The translations under genes and the position numbers were made by a program. Positions 9,248-18,160 of a stretch of 58,676 bases of DNA are shown here, in pieces. Origin of the DNA: a virus (Duplodnaviria > Caudoviricetes). Every line of letters begins with the position of its first letter. Within the stretch, counting starts at the first letter, position 1. The stretch lies in IMG/VR virus record IMGVR_UViG_3300050343_000144, positions 1 to 58,676 of that record; one strand, written 5' to 3'. The notes below the pieces were generated by a model that did no database searches, was not told the origin of the DNA, and saw only the letters and a list, made by a program, of their open reading frames with translations.

Positions 9248-11657
9248 CTTTAGGTTTTACTTTTTTGTTTTTATCCGTGTATATTATCATCCACTTACCA
9301 TTCATATCTCTGTCTTCCATTGGCTCTAGTCCTGTTGTAAAAATAGCAAAAGCTTTTAACCATTTATAAAAGGCAGTCCTGGATATTGTCATCTTTGCTT
9401 TTGGTGCATAATCAGGATTGTCTTGAATGAATTCTAAATATAGTTCATTTTTATAAATTTTTTGATCAAATTTTAAGGAATCGTGTTTAGCAATCCCATC
9501 AATCAAACCACACCATTCTATAAACTCGTGACAAGTTTCAGCTGATAGCTTTCTAATAGATAAGTTTTTGAACTTAGATTTTAATAGTCCGTTTTTAAGA
9601 TAGAACATTAAATTTTCTACCATATAATTATCAAATATACACCATTCTTCTTGAGACCATTCAGAGAATAAAAGTTTACCAAACTCTACCAATGGTGTAA
9701 AGTCTTTTGTATAGAATTGTTTAAACTCTAACTCCCATTTTCTTCTCTCAAATGAATTACCCTTACCTTTAATTGCGTAGTTAGTTGTGATTGCAACCTT
9801 TGGAGATTTATTAAATGGTATCTTGATTGCATCTTTATTTTTCTTTTCCAATGTTAGTCCTTCCGTGACAACACTAAATAGTCTTTCAAAATCAAAATGT
9901 TTTTTTACATCATCAAAACATAGTACTTGTGTATCAGCAGATACTAATTGATATGCAAATGATTTTTCAAAATTAAAAGCTTTACCATCTATTACAACTA
10001 ATTTTTTCATTTGGTTGATGGCATTCATAAACAAACCTTTACCTGTCCCTCCTTCAGGATTCTCAGATATAACCTCATCATTTAAAATTACAGCAGGACA
10101 GTATGAAAAATTCTTGTATGCGTGTAACAAGTAACCTATGGTACTTTCCATAGACCTTATAGTTAATTTGTCGCCTCCTGCAATATTACTTATGAATGTT
10201 TTGTAGTCGCATTCATACGTTTCACAAAGATCAAAGTCTCTATCTATTACCTGGTCTTTCCAAACATAACCACCTAAATCTAAATAATCAATAGCAGTCT
10301 TGCTATCCTTTTGAACTTTTACTGCACAGTTTCTGTAATATAAGTAAGCAGTATTTTTATCATCTTCTATAAAATAAACATCTACTGTTCCTAGTAAAGA
10401 CAAAAACTCTTCTCTAAAAAACCTTGTTTTGTCTGCAAAGTAATTGTAAACAGACATATCATCTAATACCTCTAAGTATCCCAAAACAAAATCTTTTATT
10501 TCCTCTTCATTTGTATGATCAATTAAGTTGTTAGTTACTCTTACAAATATAAAGTTCTTGCTACCCTCTGGAGCATACTTATAAAAACCATTGTCCTCCA
10601 GGAATTGTCTAAAAAGATAGTGTATAATATTTATTACACCTTTCTCATTCTTATTCCAAAATCTTTTATCGCTTTCATCTTCCTCGATTGTGTGAATCAC
10701 AGAGTCAATAACCGCATCTTCAATATTTGATTCAGATAACTGAAGACGGATTTCTTTTTTTGATACTCCACGCTTGAGTTTCATTCTTACTTGGTTTACC
10801 TTATCCTCATCTTCATAGTATTTAGATCCAAAGTTTTGCGTATGTAAGTATGCAGAGTTTATTGTAGTCTTAATTTCAGAGGCTGAGAAGTCACTTGACT
10901 CAAAAGATGACATAATGTATTCAGCTAAAGATTTATTGACTCCATAGTCGTTAAAAGCAGCCGCAAGTACATAAACGTTATTGTTTCTTTCGCCACTTTT
11001 TAATCCATACTTTTTATTCCACCACTTCATAAGTATGTCTACAATTTTATTTTCGTCTGTAACTGGTATTGTAGGTCTTGCAGTATACTTGTCTACGGGT
11101 TTATATTCTTGCTCCTCTATTTTTTTCCAAGTCTGTGAGTTTGTATTTAAGTGAAGCAGAGGGTCATAGGATTCATAACATACCCTTGATATATTCTTTG
11201 ATGTTTTATCAAAGTAATCTGATTTGAAATATTTTTCAAGTGATAAAAAAAATAGTTTATGATTGTCAGGCTCTTTCGGTATTTTAACCAATGCTTTCAA
11301 ACCATTACCACTAGGAGATACAAAAACAGAATAGACATATCTATCTTTAGATAGTCTTTCCTTTTCAGAAATCATATCTTTCTTTGTGTTATAGCCATCA
11401 AAGTCTAGGCATATAAAACCACTATGCTCAAGTATTGAATCATCTGCTCTCTTTTTAAATGTTCCTGAAAAACAAATTGCAGGTAAATTTTTTTTAAGTT
11501 CTTGCCGTACTTTTTTATCCTTTTCTTTTCTTATTTGCTTTATAAGTTCTTTTGACTTACCATCTTTAATTCTATCTAAAATAGAATCTAAGTCTCTATA
11601 AAAAGGAGTTGAGGTGTCCTTTATATTTCGAAATATTGTTATTTTACTTTCTTCCAT
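9231..11657 (-). CDS. Primase-helicase: BT4734/VirE-N-like primase domain, PriCT-like region, P-loop helicase
   Basis: LPAICFSGTF...SGFICLDFD...SPSGNGLKALV...SRVCYESYDP; GERNN; GGTGKG; CFDDV; ITTN. Confidence 0.85.
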   Translation of the reverse strand: MEESKITIFRNIKDTSTPFYRDLDSILDRIKDGKSKELIKQIRKEKDKKVRQELKKNLPAICFSGTFKKRADDSILEHSGFICLDFDGYNTKKDMISEKERLSKDRYVYSVFVSPSGNGLKALVKIPKEPDNHKLFFLSLEKYFKSDYFDKTSKNISRVCYESYDPLLHLNTNSQTWKKIEEQEYKPVDKYTARPTIPVTDENKIVDILMKWWNKKYGLKSGERNNNVYVLAAAFNDYGVNKSLAEYIMSSFESSDFSASEIKTTINSAYLHTQNFGSKYYEDEDKVNQVRMKLKRGVSKKEIRLQLSESNIEDAVIDSVIHTIEEDESDKRFWNKNEKGVINIIHYLFRQFLEDNGFYKYAPEGSKNFIFVRVTNNLIDHTNEEEIKDFVLGYLEVLDDMSVYNYFADKTRFFREEFLSLLGTVDVYFIEDDKNTAYLYYRNCAVKVQKDSKTAIDYLDLGGYVWKDQVIDRDFDLCETYECDYKTFISNIAGGDKLTIRSMESTIGYLLHAYKNFSYCPAVILNDEVISENPEGGTGKGLFMNAINQMKKLVVIDGKAFNFEKSFAYQLVSADTQVLCFDDVKKHFDFERLFSVVTEGLTLEKKNKDAIKIPFNKSPKVAITTNYAIKGKGNSFERRKWELEFKQFYTKDFTPLVEFGKLLFSEWSQEEWCIFDNYMVENLMFYLKNGLLKSKFKNLSIRKLSAETCHEFIEWCGLIDGIAKHDSLKFDQKIYKNELYLEFIQDNPDYAPKAKMTISRTAFYKWLKAFAIFTTGLEPMEDRDMNGKWMIIYTDKNKKVKPKDELDF

Positions 11658-11755
11658 TATGTTGATTTTGTGATTCTATATATATATATATAGTTTTCTT
11701 AATAGTATTTTTTTATTTGCCACATCTAAGGGAAAAAATTAACATTTCCAACATA
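11658..11755. repeat. Origin-like element copy A (ATGTT boxes flanking (TA)8), inverted relative to copy B
   Basis: Reverse complement aligns with 20541-20639: 23/28 identity at one end, central TA run, AAAAyCAACAT at the other end. Confidence 0.7.
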
Positions 11756-11763
11756 GATAAGAC

Positions 11764-11789
11764 AAAAGAAAAGGGGAGTTGCCTCCCCT
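11764..11789 (-). terminator. Intrinsic terminator after the SSB-like gene
   Basis: AGGGGAG/CTCCCCT stem followed on the minus strand by TTTCTTTT. Confidence 0.75.
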
Positions 11790-11810
11790 ATGCTTAGTAA
11801 CAAACCCTTA

Positions 11811-12074
11811 TTAAAAAGGTAAGTCAGCAGTTTTTTCTTCTTCCTTTGCAGGTTGATCCTCTTGTTTCTTAGGTACGAACGTATCTAATTCAACATAAGG
11901 CTTTCCAGACTTTGCCGTAAGTACATTTAAATTTACCCAACCATTTTTATGATTAGCTTTTAGAAATGTAATAGCTTCTTCAACTTTTACGCTGATGTTA
12001 CCAATTACGAACTCTGGTGCGTTCTCTCTTCTTTTGAAAAGAAATCCGTCTGCAAAAATTTTGTCTTGTGACAT
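11811..12074 (-). CDS. Single-stranded DNA-binding protein-like
   Basis: Small beta-rich protein with an acidic tail ending DLPF, next to the annealase and exonuclease. Confidence 0.65.
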   Translation of the reverse strand: MSQDKIFADGFLFKRRENAPEFVIGNISVKVEEAITFLKANHKNGWVNLNVLTAKSGKPYVELDTFVPKKQEDQPAKEEEKTADLPF

Positions 12075-12129
12075 AATATAAAGTATTAATTTTGAGTGCT
12101 TAGTAGGAGAAGCACATCTGACTCCTTTT

Positions 12130-12867
12130 TTATAAATCTTGTATTGTTATGTGTTGAGATATTTCCATCTCTGCATTGTCTGTAAAGAAATTATTATAAA
12201 CTTCAATTGCCTTTTGCACCTTTGCTCTACCTCCAATTAAAAAATCTTCAGTTGGTGTGAAAATACCTAGACGACCAGAAACCTTGCAAACTACATAAAA
12301 TATTACAGGTTTACCGAATATTTGCTGATAAATATATGCTTGACTGTCGTAATTATAATCACGAGAACTCCACTTAAATTTATCTATGTTTGAGGTGGTC
12401 TTGATGTCAATAAGTATCTCTGGAGTTATAATATCTGCCTTCCCTTTCCATTTTAAACCAAATAACTCTGTAATTCCTGGTACTTCATATTTATTTAATG
12501 GATTAAATATATCAGAATGAAACCTAAAGTTTGACCTCACTTTATTTATTAAAAAATCTAAATGATCTTGCTCTTTTTTCAGTAGTAAAATCTTACCCTC
12601 TTCAGCTGATGCCTCCTTGTATGCTTTTGTAGATCTTGTTGAAGAGTCTATAATATTAAACATACCTACTTTCTCAGGCTCTAATATTGAAACGTGAAAA
12701 TATCTTCCTGCAACCATTGGCACAGTTTCTTCCTTTCCTTGACCATACTTGTGTGGCTCTTTCAATAAAGTCCATATATCAGAGTTTGACATATATTGTT
12801 TACCAAACTTTCCATAGTATTCCTTATCGTCCTGGAGTTTTTCTAGTATCTCCTCTTTAGTTAGCAT
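12130..12867 (-). CDS. RecE/ExoVIII-like PD-(D/E)XK exonuclease (DUF3799-like)
   Basis: YMSNSD, GRYFH..ILEP, KGKADI...IDIKTT, YNYDSQAYIY. Confidence 0.8.
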   Translation of the reverse strand: MLTKEEILEKLQDDKEYYGKFGKQYMSNSDIWTLLKEPHKYGQGKEETVPMVAGRYFHVSILEPEKVGMFNIIDSSTRSTKAYKEASAEEGKILLLKKEQDHLDFLINKVRSNFRFHSDIFNPLNKYEVPGITELFGLKWKGKADIITPEILIDIKTTSNIDKFKWSSRDYNYDSQAYIYQQIFGKPVIFYVVCKVSGRLGIFTPTEDFLIGGRAKVQKAIEVYNNFFTDNAEMEISQHITIQDL

Positions 12868-13450
12868 AGTAAGAGTTTAATTCTTTTTTATTAGATGCAG
12901 GAATTGTAAATCTATCTTCAAGATTTTTTATTAATTGTGCAAACGGAACTGACTTGTTGTTCTTTATATATGAAACACAGTCTGCCCAATTTTTATGAGT
13001 CTTCTTTAAAGATGGCTTTACACTTTTCTTTACAGGTGGTTTATCTTCAGAAACATCAACCAAATCTTCTCCTGCCCATAAAGATAATCCTAATCCGTGC
13101 ATTCCAATAGCTTTTACCATTGATCTCTGAATAGCTTTATTAACATCAAAAGATGTAACGTTTTCTACCTTTATAGATCTGTTCTGATGATTCATAATTG
13201 GTAGGTAATCAATATGTTCTACCCCTCCAACAGTTACACCAACTTTTACATAAGCAGTATTTCCATCTGTAAAATAGTTTAAACCCGTGTGGTCTGATTC
13301 ATATACCTTTCTATTTGCATCTGGGTACTTGTCCTTTATAATTGCCCAAGCATATGCCCAAGACAAATAATCGAATCTTCCCTTTTTTTCAATTTTATCC
13401 TTAACATTAATAGATGCTAATGCTTTGAATGTAGTCGTAGTTTTTGTCAT
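12857..13450 (-). CDS. Sak3/DUF1071-type single-strand annealing protein
   Basis: IEKKGRFDYLSWAYAW...LPIMNHQN...VNKAIQRSMVKAIGMHGLGLSLWAGED. Confidence 0.85.
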   Translation of the reverse strand: MTKTTTTFKALASINVKDKIEKKGRFDYLSWAYAWAIIKDKYPDANRKVYESDHTGLNYFTDGNTAYVKVGVTVGGVEHIDYLPIMNHQNRSIKVENVTSFDVNKAIQRSMVKAIGMHGLGLSLWAGEDLVDVSEDKPPVKKSVKPSLKKTHKNWADCVSYIKNNKSVPFAQLIKNLEDRFTIPASNKKELNSYYAN

Positions 13451-13872
13451 AATTTCTCTTTTTTAATAATTTGTGTGTATTTTTTTATAATGTTATCTCT
13501 CTTTTGCTTGAGGTAATCGTAATGCTTTTTATTATTTCTTTGATTTACCTCGTTCTGTATTTTTTGTGTGATGGCATCAATCTGTTCTTTATAAGTCCTT
13601 TTTAATATATGATAAACACCATTTCTAAATCCTCGATTTATAAAATAGATGTAGTCATCGTAACTAATCTCTTTATAATCTAGTCCTGCTTTTTTTGTAT
13701 TGTATATTTTTATTCCTTTAGACGAGTTAACGATCTTTATACCTTTAAATAGTATTGCATCGTTATTTTTAGTTGTTAGTTTAATGGTCTTAGAGTCTGA
13801 ATTAGCCTCGTCCCACACCTCATACAAACTATCTAATGGACTTAACAACATTCCTCTGCCTTTTCTAAACAT
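13447..13872 (-). CDS. Hypothetical protein
   Basis: ORF coupled to the annealase start. Confidence 0.65.
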   Translation of the reverse strand: MFRKGRGMLLSPLDSLYEVWDEANSDSKTIKLTTKNNDAILFKGIKIVNSSKGIKIYNTKKAGLDYKEISYDDYIYFINRGFRNGVYHILKRTYKEQIDAITQKIQNEVNQRNNKKHYDYLKQKRDNIIKKYTQIIKKEKL

Positions 13873-14156
13873 TCAGAAACAAAAGCCTGGAAATCTTTAT
13901 CTTTACTAGATAAAATATCTTCTTGAACTCTATTAATTCCATTTCTTACAGTTTCATAAGTAGTACTATACCCCTTGTTATCCATAAGAGAAATGATTTG
14001 ATTAATTGTCATTGGTCTCTGGTAACATAAGTTGTAAAGAATCTGTCTTGCCTTTGCCAACTCTCTCTTCCTTGATGGAGAAAATAATTCCTCTTCAGTT
14101 AAGTCTAATCCATCACAGATAAGTTTGACATACATATTAAATATTCCTTTCTTCAT
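13842..14156 (-). CDS. Second DnaA domain IV-like HTH protein
   Basis: LTEEELFSPSRKRELAKARQILYNLC...TTYETVRNGI. Confidence 0.65.
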   Translation of the reverse strand: MKKGIFNMYVKLICDGLDLTEEELFSPSRKRELAKARQILYNLCYQRPMTINQIISLMDNKGYSTTYETVRNGINRVQEDILSSKDKDFQAFVSECLEKAEECC

Positions 14157-14307
14157 TGTTTTTTTCTGGTTTTAATTCATAATTATACTGCTGACCTAAC
14201 ATTGTAAAATATTCTTTCCATAAGAACTCTGTTGGTACTTTTGTTAAAGGCTTAGAGTCTTGCTCTACCTCTCTAGTTTCGATAAATTTTTCGCTTGATT
14301 TTCCCAT
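14137..14307 (-). CDS. 56-aa hypothetical protein
   Basis: MGKSSEKFIETREVEQ..., read manually, directly downstream of a promoter-like box. Confidence 0.55.
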   Translation of the reverse strand: MGKSSEKFIETREVEQDSKPLTKVPTEFLWKEYFTMLGQQYNYELKPEKNNEERNI

Positions 14308-14340
14308 TTGATTTTAATTAATTTGTGTTTGTAAAAGTAA

Positions 14341-14487
14341 TTAATTTAAAGTTAATATACAAGTAATTACTATTATAATTATCATTACAATAGATATAAA
14401 CATAACCTTATATGACTCTTCCATCTTCTTAGGACTTCGTCCTTGATTACTTCTGTATTGTCTAATTTTCTTCTTTATTTTTTTCAT
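14341..14487 (-). CDS. 48-aa basic protein with C-terminal TM helix
   Basis: MKKIKKKIRQYRSNQGRSPKKMEESYKVMFISIVMIIIIVITCILTLN, read manually. Confidence 0.55.
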   Translation of the reverse strand: MKKIKKKIRQYRSNQGRSPKKMEESYKVMFISIVMIIIIVITCILTLN

Positions 14488-14587
14488 TTTTCAATTGATC
14501 TAATTTTTGTTGTAACTTTCTTATTAATTTAAAGTCTGGTTTTAATTTTAATTTTTCAAATAAAATTTGTTTTATTATTTTTTTCAT
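14462..14587 (-). CDS. 41-aa hypothetical protein
   Basis: ATGA-coupled to the 3D-domain gene; read manually. Confidence 0.45.
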   Translation of the reverse strand: MKKIIKQILFEKLKLKPDFKLIRKLQQKLDQLKNEKNKEEN

Positions 14588-14955
14588 TCTACTAAGCTTA
14601 TTATTACGTTAGTCCATTTTCCACCCTTTTTAGATTTGTTTACTAAAAAGTCTATTCTACTGATCCACCTCTTATTCATTCGATCTTCTATTGTCCAGAT
14701 TCCATTCATTTCTTCTGCGTTTTCTACAAGAATCTTTTCGCCCATCTTAAAACCTAATTGCTCTAAGTCCCTACTTACTGCCACCCACCTATGCTCTTGT
14801 GGGTTGTCTTCGTTTATCTTCTTACCACTTGCAGTAGTTAAATAATCTGCATTGCATTGTTCTGGAGTTGCGTGGTATATTGTAGCCGTTACCAAAAAAC
14901 CTTGTTCTTCGAAGTCGTATAAAAAAAGTGCCATAATTAATAGTATTGTTTTCAT
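14584..14955 (-). CDS. Secreted 3D-domain (MltA-like) cell-wall protein
   Basis: Signal-like N-terminus; VTATIYH..TASG..VAVSRD..IEDRMN..RIDFL. Confidence 0.75.
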   Translation of the reverse strand: MKTILLIMALFLYDFEEQGFLVTATIYHATPEQCNADYLTTASGKKINEDNPQEHRWVAVSRDLEQLGFKMGEKILVENAEEMNGIWTIEDRMNKRWISRIDFLVNKSKKGGKWTNVIISLVE

Positions 14956-15317
14956 ATTTCTGCCGTAAAATAAAGTTCAGACTCATCTGGGTTATTATCA
15001 AAATAATCTTTCATTTGCTTACCCATTCTATGATCAGCATATTCAGATATATCTTGATTACTTACTCCAAATTTTTTCATCTTTTCGTCATTCCAGAGCC
15101 AATCATCTTTAAACATTTTGTTAACTCTATCTACTGCCCCCGTTTCTTCAATTTCTTTTAACTCTTCTACTATTGCCTTGTAGCTATCTTCTTTATAAAC
15201 TACATAATCAATGTATCCAGACTCTTGCTCTATTGCACCAAATCTTTCTCCTGCATCACTGCTTTGTACTGCGAACATAAATTTACCATCTATGTCTCCG
15301 TTGTAATATCTACCCAT
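14952..15317 (-). CDS. Hypothetical early protein
   Basis: MGRYYNGDIDGKFMFAVQSSD; coupled ORF. Confidence 0.7.
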   Translation of the reverse strand: MGRYYNGDIDGKFMFAVQSSDAGERFGAIEQESGYIDYVVYKEDSYKAIVEELKEIEETGAVDRVNKMFKDDWLWNDEKMKKFGVSNQDISEYADHRMGKQMKDYFDNNPDESELYFTAEI

Positions 15318-15322
15318 AATTT

Positions 15323-15598
15323 CTATTTATTTATTTTTGTTAATTTATTATCTTCTCCGTGAAAATTTATTGCAGACCATATTTGCTCCATAGTTGCTTC
15401 GTTTGTCAAAGCCATTTCCAAGACTTCTTGTGCCTCTTCCTCTGTGCATTTAAAATCTCTAAAAACATCTTCTATACTCCATAGGTTATCAACGAAATAC
15501 CCGTTGTTTTTAAGTGTTTTTTTCGCCTCTTCTATTTTTCGCCAAGTATCAAATACTTCGTTTTCAATAGCATTGTGTTTAATTTCTGCTTTCGCCAT
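15323..15598 (-). CDS. Hypothetical early protein
   Basis: 91-aa ORF with A-rich leader. Confidence 0.7.
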   Translation of the reverse strand: MAKAEIKHNAIENEVFDTWRKIEEAKKTLKNNGYFVDNLWSIEDVFRDFKCTEEEAQEVLEMALTNEATMEQIWSAINFHGEDNKLTKINK

Positions 15599-15618
15599 AG
15601 TTTTAATTTATTGATTAG

Positions 15619-15703
15619 CAACTAGAAAAAGAATCGAACCTTTTTTACTCGTCAGTAAGTTTCGCCTCCGTACTTAAACGTGTGGCTTATCCAAACCTAG
15701 TTG
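15619..15703 (-). ncRNA. tRNA-like structured RNA (non-canonical)
   Basis: 7-bp CAACTAG/CTAGTTG closing stem; AAAAGG-TTCGATT-CTTTTT T-arm abutting it; several short internal hairpins; intergenic. Confidence 0.55.
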
Positions 15704-15707
15704 TTGT

Positions 15708-15935
15708 TTAATTATTTTTATTTTCTTGTGCATATTCCCAAACCTGCGTATGTATGGCATCATCTACCCAATCCCAATAAAAATCTGTTATGTCCATTCC
15801 ATTTAAACTTACCTCCAGAATTTCCATATCGTTTTCTGGAGGGTTGTTATAATCTCCATCGTCCCAATAATACTCGTAGTATATTTCTAATTCGTAATTA
15901 TCATCAGTAACTACATAAGTTCCTTTTACTTTCAT
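15708..15935 (-). CDS. Acidic hypothetical early protein
   Basis: D/E/Y/W-rich, 75 aa. Confidence 0.7.
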   Translation of the reverse strand: MKVKGTYVVTDDNYELEIYYEYYWDDGDYNNPPENDMEILEVSLNGMDITDFYWDWVDDAIHTQVWEYAQENKNN

Positions 15936-16225
15936 AAGTGTCCACCTATTTTTAATTCATCACATTCATATCTCCATTCTGTTTCTGACTCAGGCTCATT
16001 CATTCCTTTATAGTCATCTAATCCATTACCATAAACAAACTCAGATTCATTTAGCTTGTTTTCAATATCATCAATCCAATCTTCCTCTTTGTAAATTATA
16101 AATTCATCTATACTTGTATATTTTCCGTTGTCTAATCTATAATGATCAAATTCATCTTCATCAATCTCAATTTCTATCTCAGCAAATTTATGATAGACTT
16201 GTCTTTGTTGTATTTTTACTTTCAT
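15932..16225 (-). CDS. Acidic hypothetical early protein
   Basis: 97 aa, ATGA-coupled. Confidence 0.7.
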   Translation of the reverse strand: MKVKIQQRQVYHKFAEIEIEIDEDEFDHYRLDNGKYTSIDEFIIYKEEDWIDDIENKLNESEFVYGNGLDDYKGMNEPESETEWRYECDELKIGGHL

Positions 16226-16228
16226 AGC

Positions 16229-16462
16229 CTATCGTATTGTAAATTTAATTTGTCCATCTCGTATGTCGCCATAAACCGACTCTTCTGTTTTCATCTCTAC
16301 CCTTTCTATCAATTCCCAATGAGAAAAACCTTGATTTCTTGGTATTGGATAATAAAACCTTTCTATACCAATTTCTGCTTTTTGTTTTGCTATCTCGATT
16401 ATAGTCCAAACGTGCGTTTTAAAATTAATTGTTTGTTGGTTTTTGTTTATTGAAATTTTCAT
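16229..16462 (-). CDS. Hypothetical early protein
   Basis: 77-aa ORF in a tight array. Confidence 0.6.
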   Translation of the reverse strand: MKISINKNQQTINFKTHVWTIIEIAKQKAEIGIERFYYPIPRNQGFSHWELIERVEMKTEESVYGDIRDGQIKFTIR

Positions 16463-16464
16463 AT

Positions 16465-16617
16465 TTATTGAATTAAAATATTATTTTGGTTTTCTATTGT
16501 TCCGTGTTCTGCCTCTGTTACCCATTTCCTGGCAACCTCTATACTTGGTGTATATCGTTGTTCGTTTGGCATTTCGCCCCCATAGTAAAGGCATACTTTA
16601 AAAATTTGTGGTTTCAT
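16465..16617 (-). CDS. 50-aa hypothetical early protein
   Basis: MKPQIFKVCLYYGGEMPNEQRY..., fills the gap between neighbours. Confidence 0.55.
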   Translation of the reverse strand: MKPQIFKVCLYYGGEMPNEQRYTPSIEVARKWVTEAEHGTIENQNNILIQ

Positions 16618-16619
16618 AG

Positions 16620-17015
16620 CTATTTATTTATATGTATTAAAAAATCAAAAATTGATACCTCTTCCATAGATTCTCCAAAGTTATATTCCTTGATAAATTC
16701 AACTACTGCATCGTATGTATGGTCAATTTTTTTGTCAAATGATATGTCAGCAATATTGTTAACTATCTCTTTTTGATTATCGGTAATTTTTGTGCCATAT
16801 TGCAATATATCTACATCGTATCTTTCATCGCTCTCAATCTTCTCAACTACTGGCATAAGCCAATCCCAGGAACAATGGTATTTTAAATCATTTTCAAGGT
16901 ATCCATCTGCTGATGAGATATAAGGATTTTTGTTTTTTCTAACATCATCAATAGTGATGACATTTACTCCCATAAATTCTGCTATTATTTTATTATTTTT
17001 CATCTTGTATAACAA
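16620..17015 (-). CDS. Phage early protein with YHxSWDWLMPVVEKIE motif
   Basis: IIAEFMG...LKYHCSWDWLMPVVEKIES, a pattern recurrent in phage accessory genes. Confidence 0.7.
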   Translation of the reverse strand: MLYKMKNNKIIAEFMGVNVITIDDVRKNKNPYISSADGYLENDLKYHCSWDWLMPVVEKIESDERYDVDILQYGTKITDNQKEIVNNIADISFDKKIDHTYDAVVEFIKEYNFGESMEEVSIFDFLIHINK

Positions 17016-17194
17016 TTACTTAGTTTATATAGTTTTTTAAATTTCATTTCTTCTGATGAACTTGGATTTGGTGTATCTGCATCGGGTCTTATAATTAGAT
17101 TGTTACTTGTGATACTTCTTGACACCTCGTATGTTCTATCATCTTTAGTGACAATTAATAATGTGCCTCCCATTTCTTTTGTAAAATATGCCAT
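17000..17194 (-). CDS. Hypothetical early protein
   Basis: 64-aa ORF. Confidence 0.6.
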   Translation of the reverse strand: MAYFTKEMGGTLLIVTKDDRTYEVSRSITSNNLIIRPDADTPNPSSSEEMKFKKLYKLSNCYTR

Positions 17195-17196
17195 AT

Positions 17197-17355
17197 CTAT
17201 TTTATTAAATTTTGAATTATTGATATATCTATTGTTCCGTATTGCTTGTGTACTTTGTTCAAATGTTTTCTTGCTCTGTTAAAATCCTGGTCATTCTGTG
17301 GATTCTTGTAAGTGTAAATCATTCGCCTTAAAAATGTAATTTCGTTTACTCCCAT
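17197..17355 (-). CDS. 52-aa hypothetical early protein
   Basis: MGVNEITFLRRMIYTYKNP..., read manually, downstream of a promoter-like box. Confidence 0.55.
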   Translation of the reverse strand: MGVNEITFLRRMIYTYKNPQNDQDFNRARKHLNKVHKQYGTIDISIIQNLIK

Positions 17356-17410
17356 AGTATTTAAATTTTATGCAATATAATTATTATTTAATTAATATGC
17401 AAGTTATTTT

Positions 17411-17686
17411 CTAGTTGTTTTCTATTTCTTCGTATTGATCAATCAAATTTTCCATCTCCTCTTCTGTCATATGATCATATGGTTTTGTGTGTGGGTTGTG
17501 TGGAGCAATATAAGTTGCACCACCATTTCCATCGTTCCAAATCTCAACATTTTCTTTGTTGGTTTTACATTGGTATCCCGTGCCTCTTCGTGTTTCGTAG
17601 TATCTTACTGAGATAACTTTTAATTTTAAAAGATCATCTTGCGAGTTGTTCCAATTGTGGTATTCTTTGCCGTGTGTCGTCCTCAT
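17411..17686 (-). CDS. Hypothetical early protein
   Basis: YYETRRG...IWNDGNGGATY motif. Confidence 0.7.
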   Translation of the reverse strand: MRTTHGKEYHNWNNSQDDLLKLKVISVRYYETRRGTGYQCKTNKENVEIWNDGNGGATYIAPHNPHTKPYDHMTEEEMENLIDQYEEIENN

Positions 17687-17697
17687 AATTTTATAGT

Positions 17698-17922
17698 TTA
17701 ATAAATTCCAAAATTTGCGTTTGATGTGTCAACATATCCCGTTGCCATTCCTATTATAAAAAATAGAATCCCCGTAACTGCCATTAAAAATAATCCCGTT
17801 GTCAATATTCTTAAAAATAATGTCAATATTTTTTCAATTACTACAATTAACTTTTTCGCCTCTTGCTCTCTTGTCGTGATCTTTACTTCTATTTCCTGGT
17901 AAATGCTTTTTATTTGCTCCAT
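17698..17922 (-). CDS. Small membrane protein
   Basis: Long hydrophobic stretch. Confidence 0.65.
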   Translation of the reverse strand: MEQIKSIYQEIEVKITTREQEAKKLIVVIEKILTLFLRILTTGLFLMAVTGILFFIIGMATGYVDTSNANFGIY

Positions 17923-17924
17923 AG

Positions 17925-18158
17925 TTATATAATTTTATAAAATTGATTTAATCCTTTATTCGTGTGAATGCCTAACGCTCTGTTTAATTCCTGGGTTTGC
18001 TTTGTGCTGATGTGTGAAGCACTAACATAAAAAGTTGCAAACGGATCAAATGTTAACCCTTGTCGCCTTAAATACGTTACCCTTTCGCCTATTATTTCTT
18101 TTAGTGCTGATCTCATTGCTTTATTATAACCCGTTTTATTGTGTTTTGAATATCCCAT
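17925..18158 (-). CDS. Hypothetical early protein
   Basis: 77-aa ORF. Confidence 0.6.
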   Translation of the reverse strand: MGYSKHNKTGYNKAMRSALKEIIGERVTYLRRQGLTFDPFATFYVSASHISTKQTQELNRALGIHTNKGLNQFYKII

Positions 18159-18160
18159 TT

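Noticed and set aside
15638-15666. Hammerhead-like words CTGACGAG and CGAAAC in the tRNA-like element
   Set aside because: Order and 3-nt spacing leave no room for stems I and III
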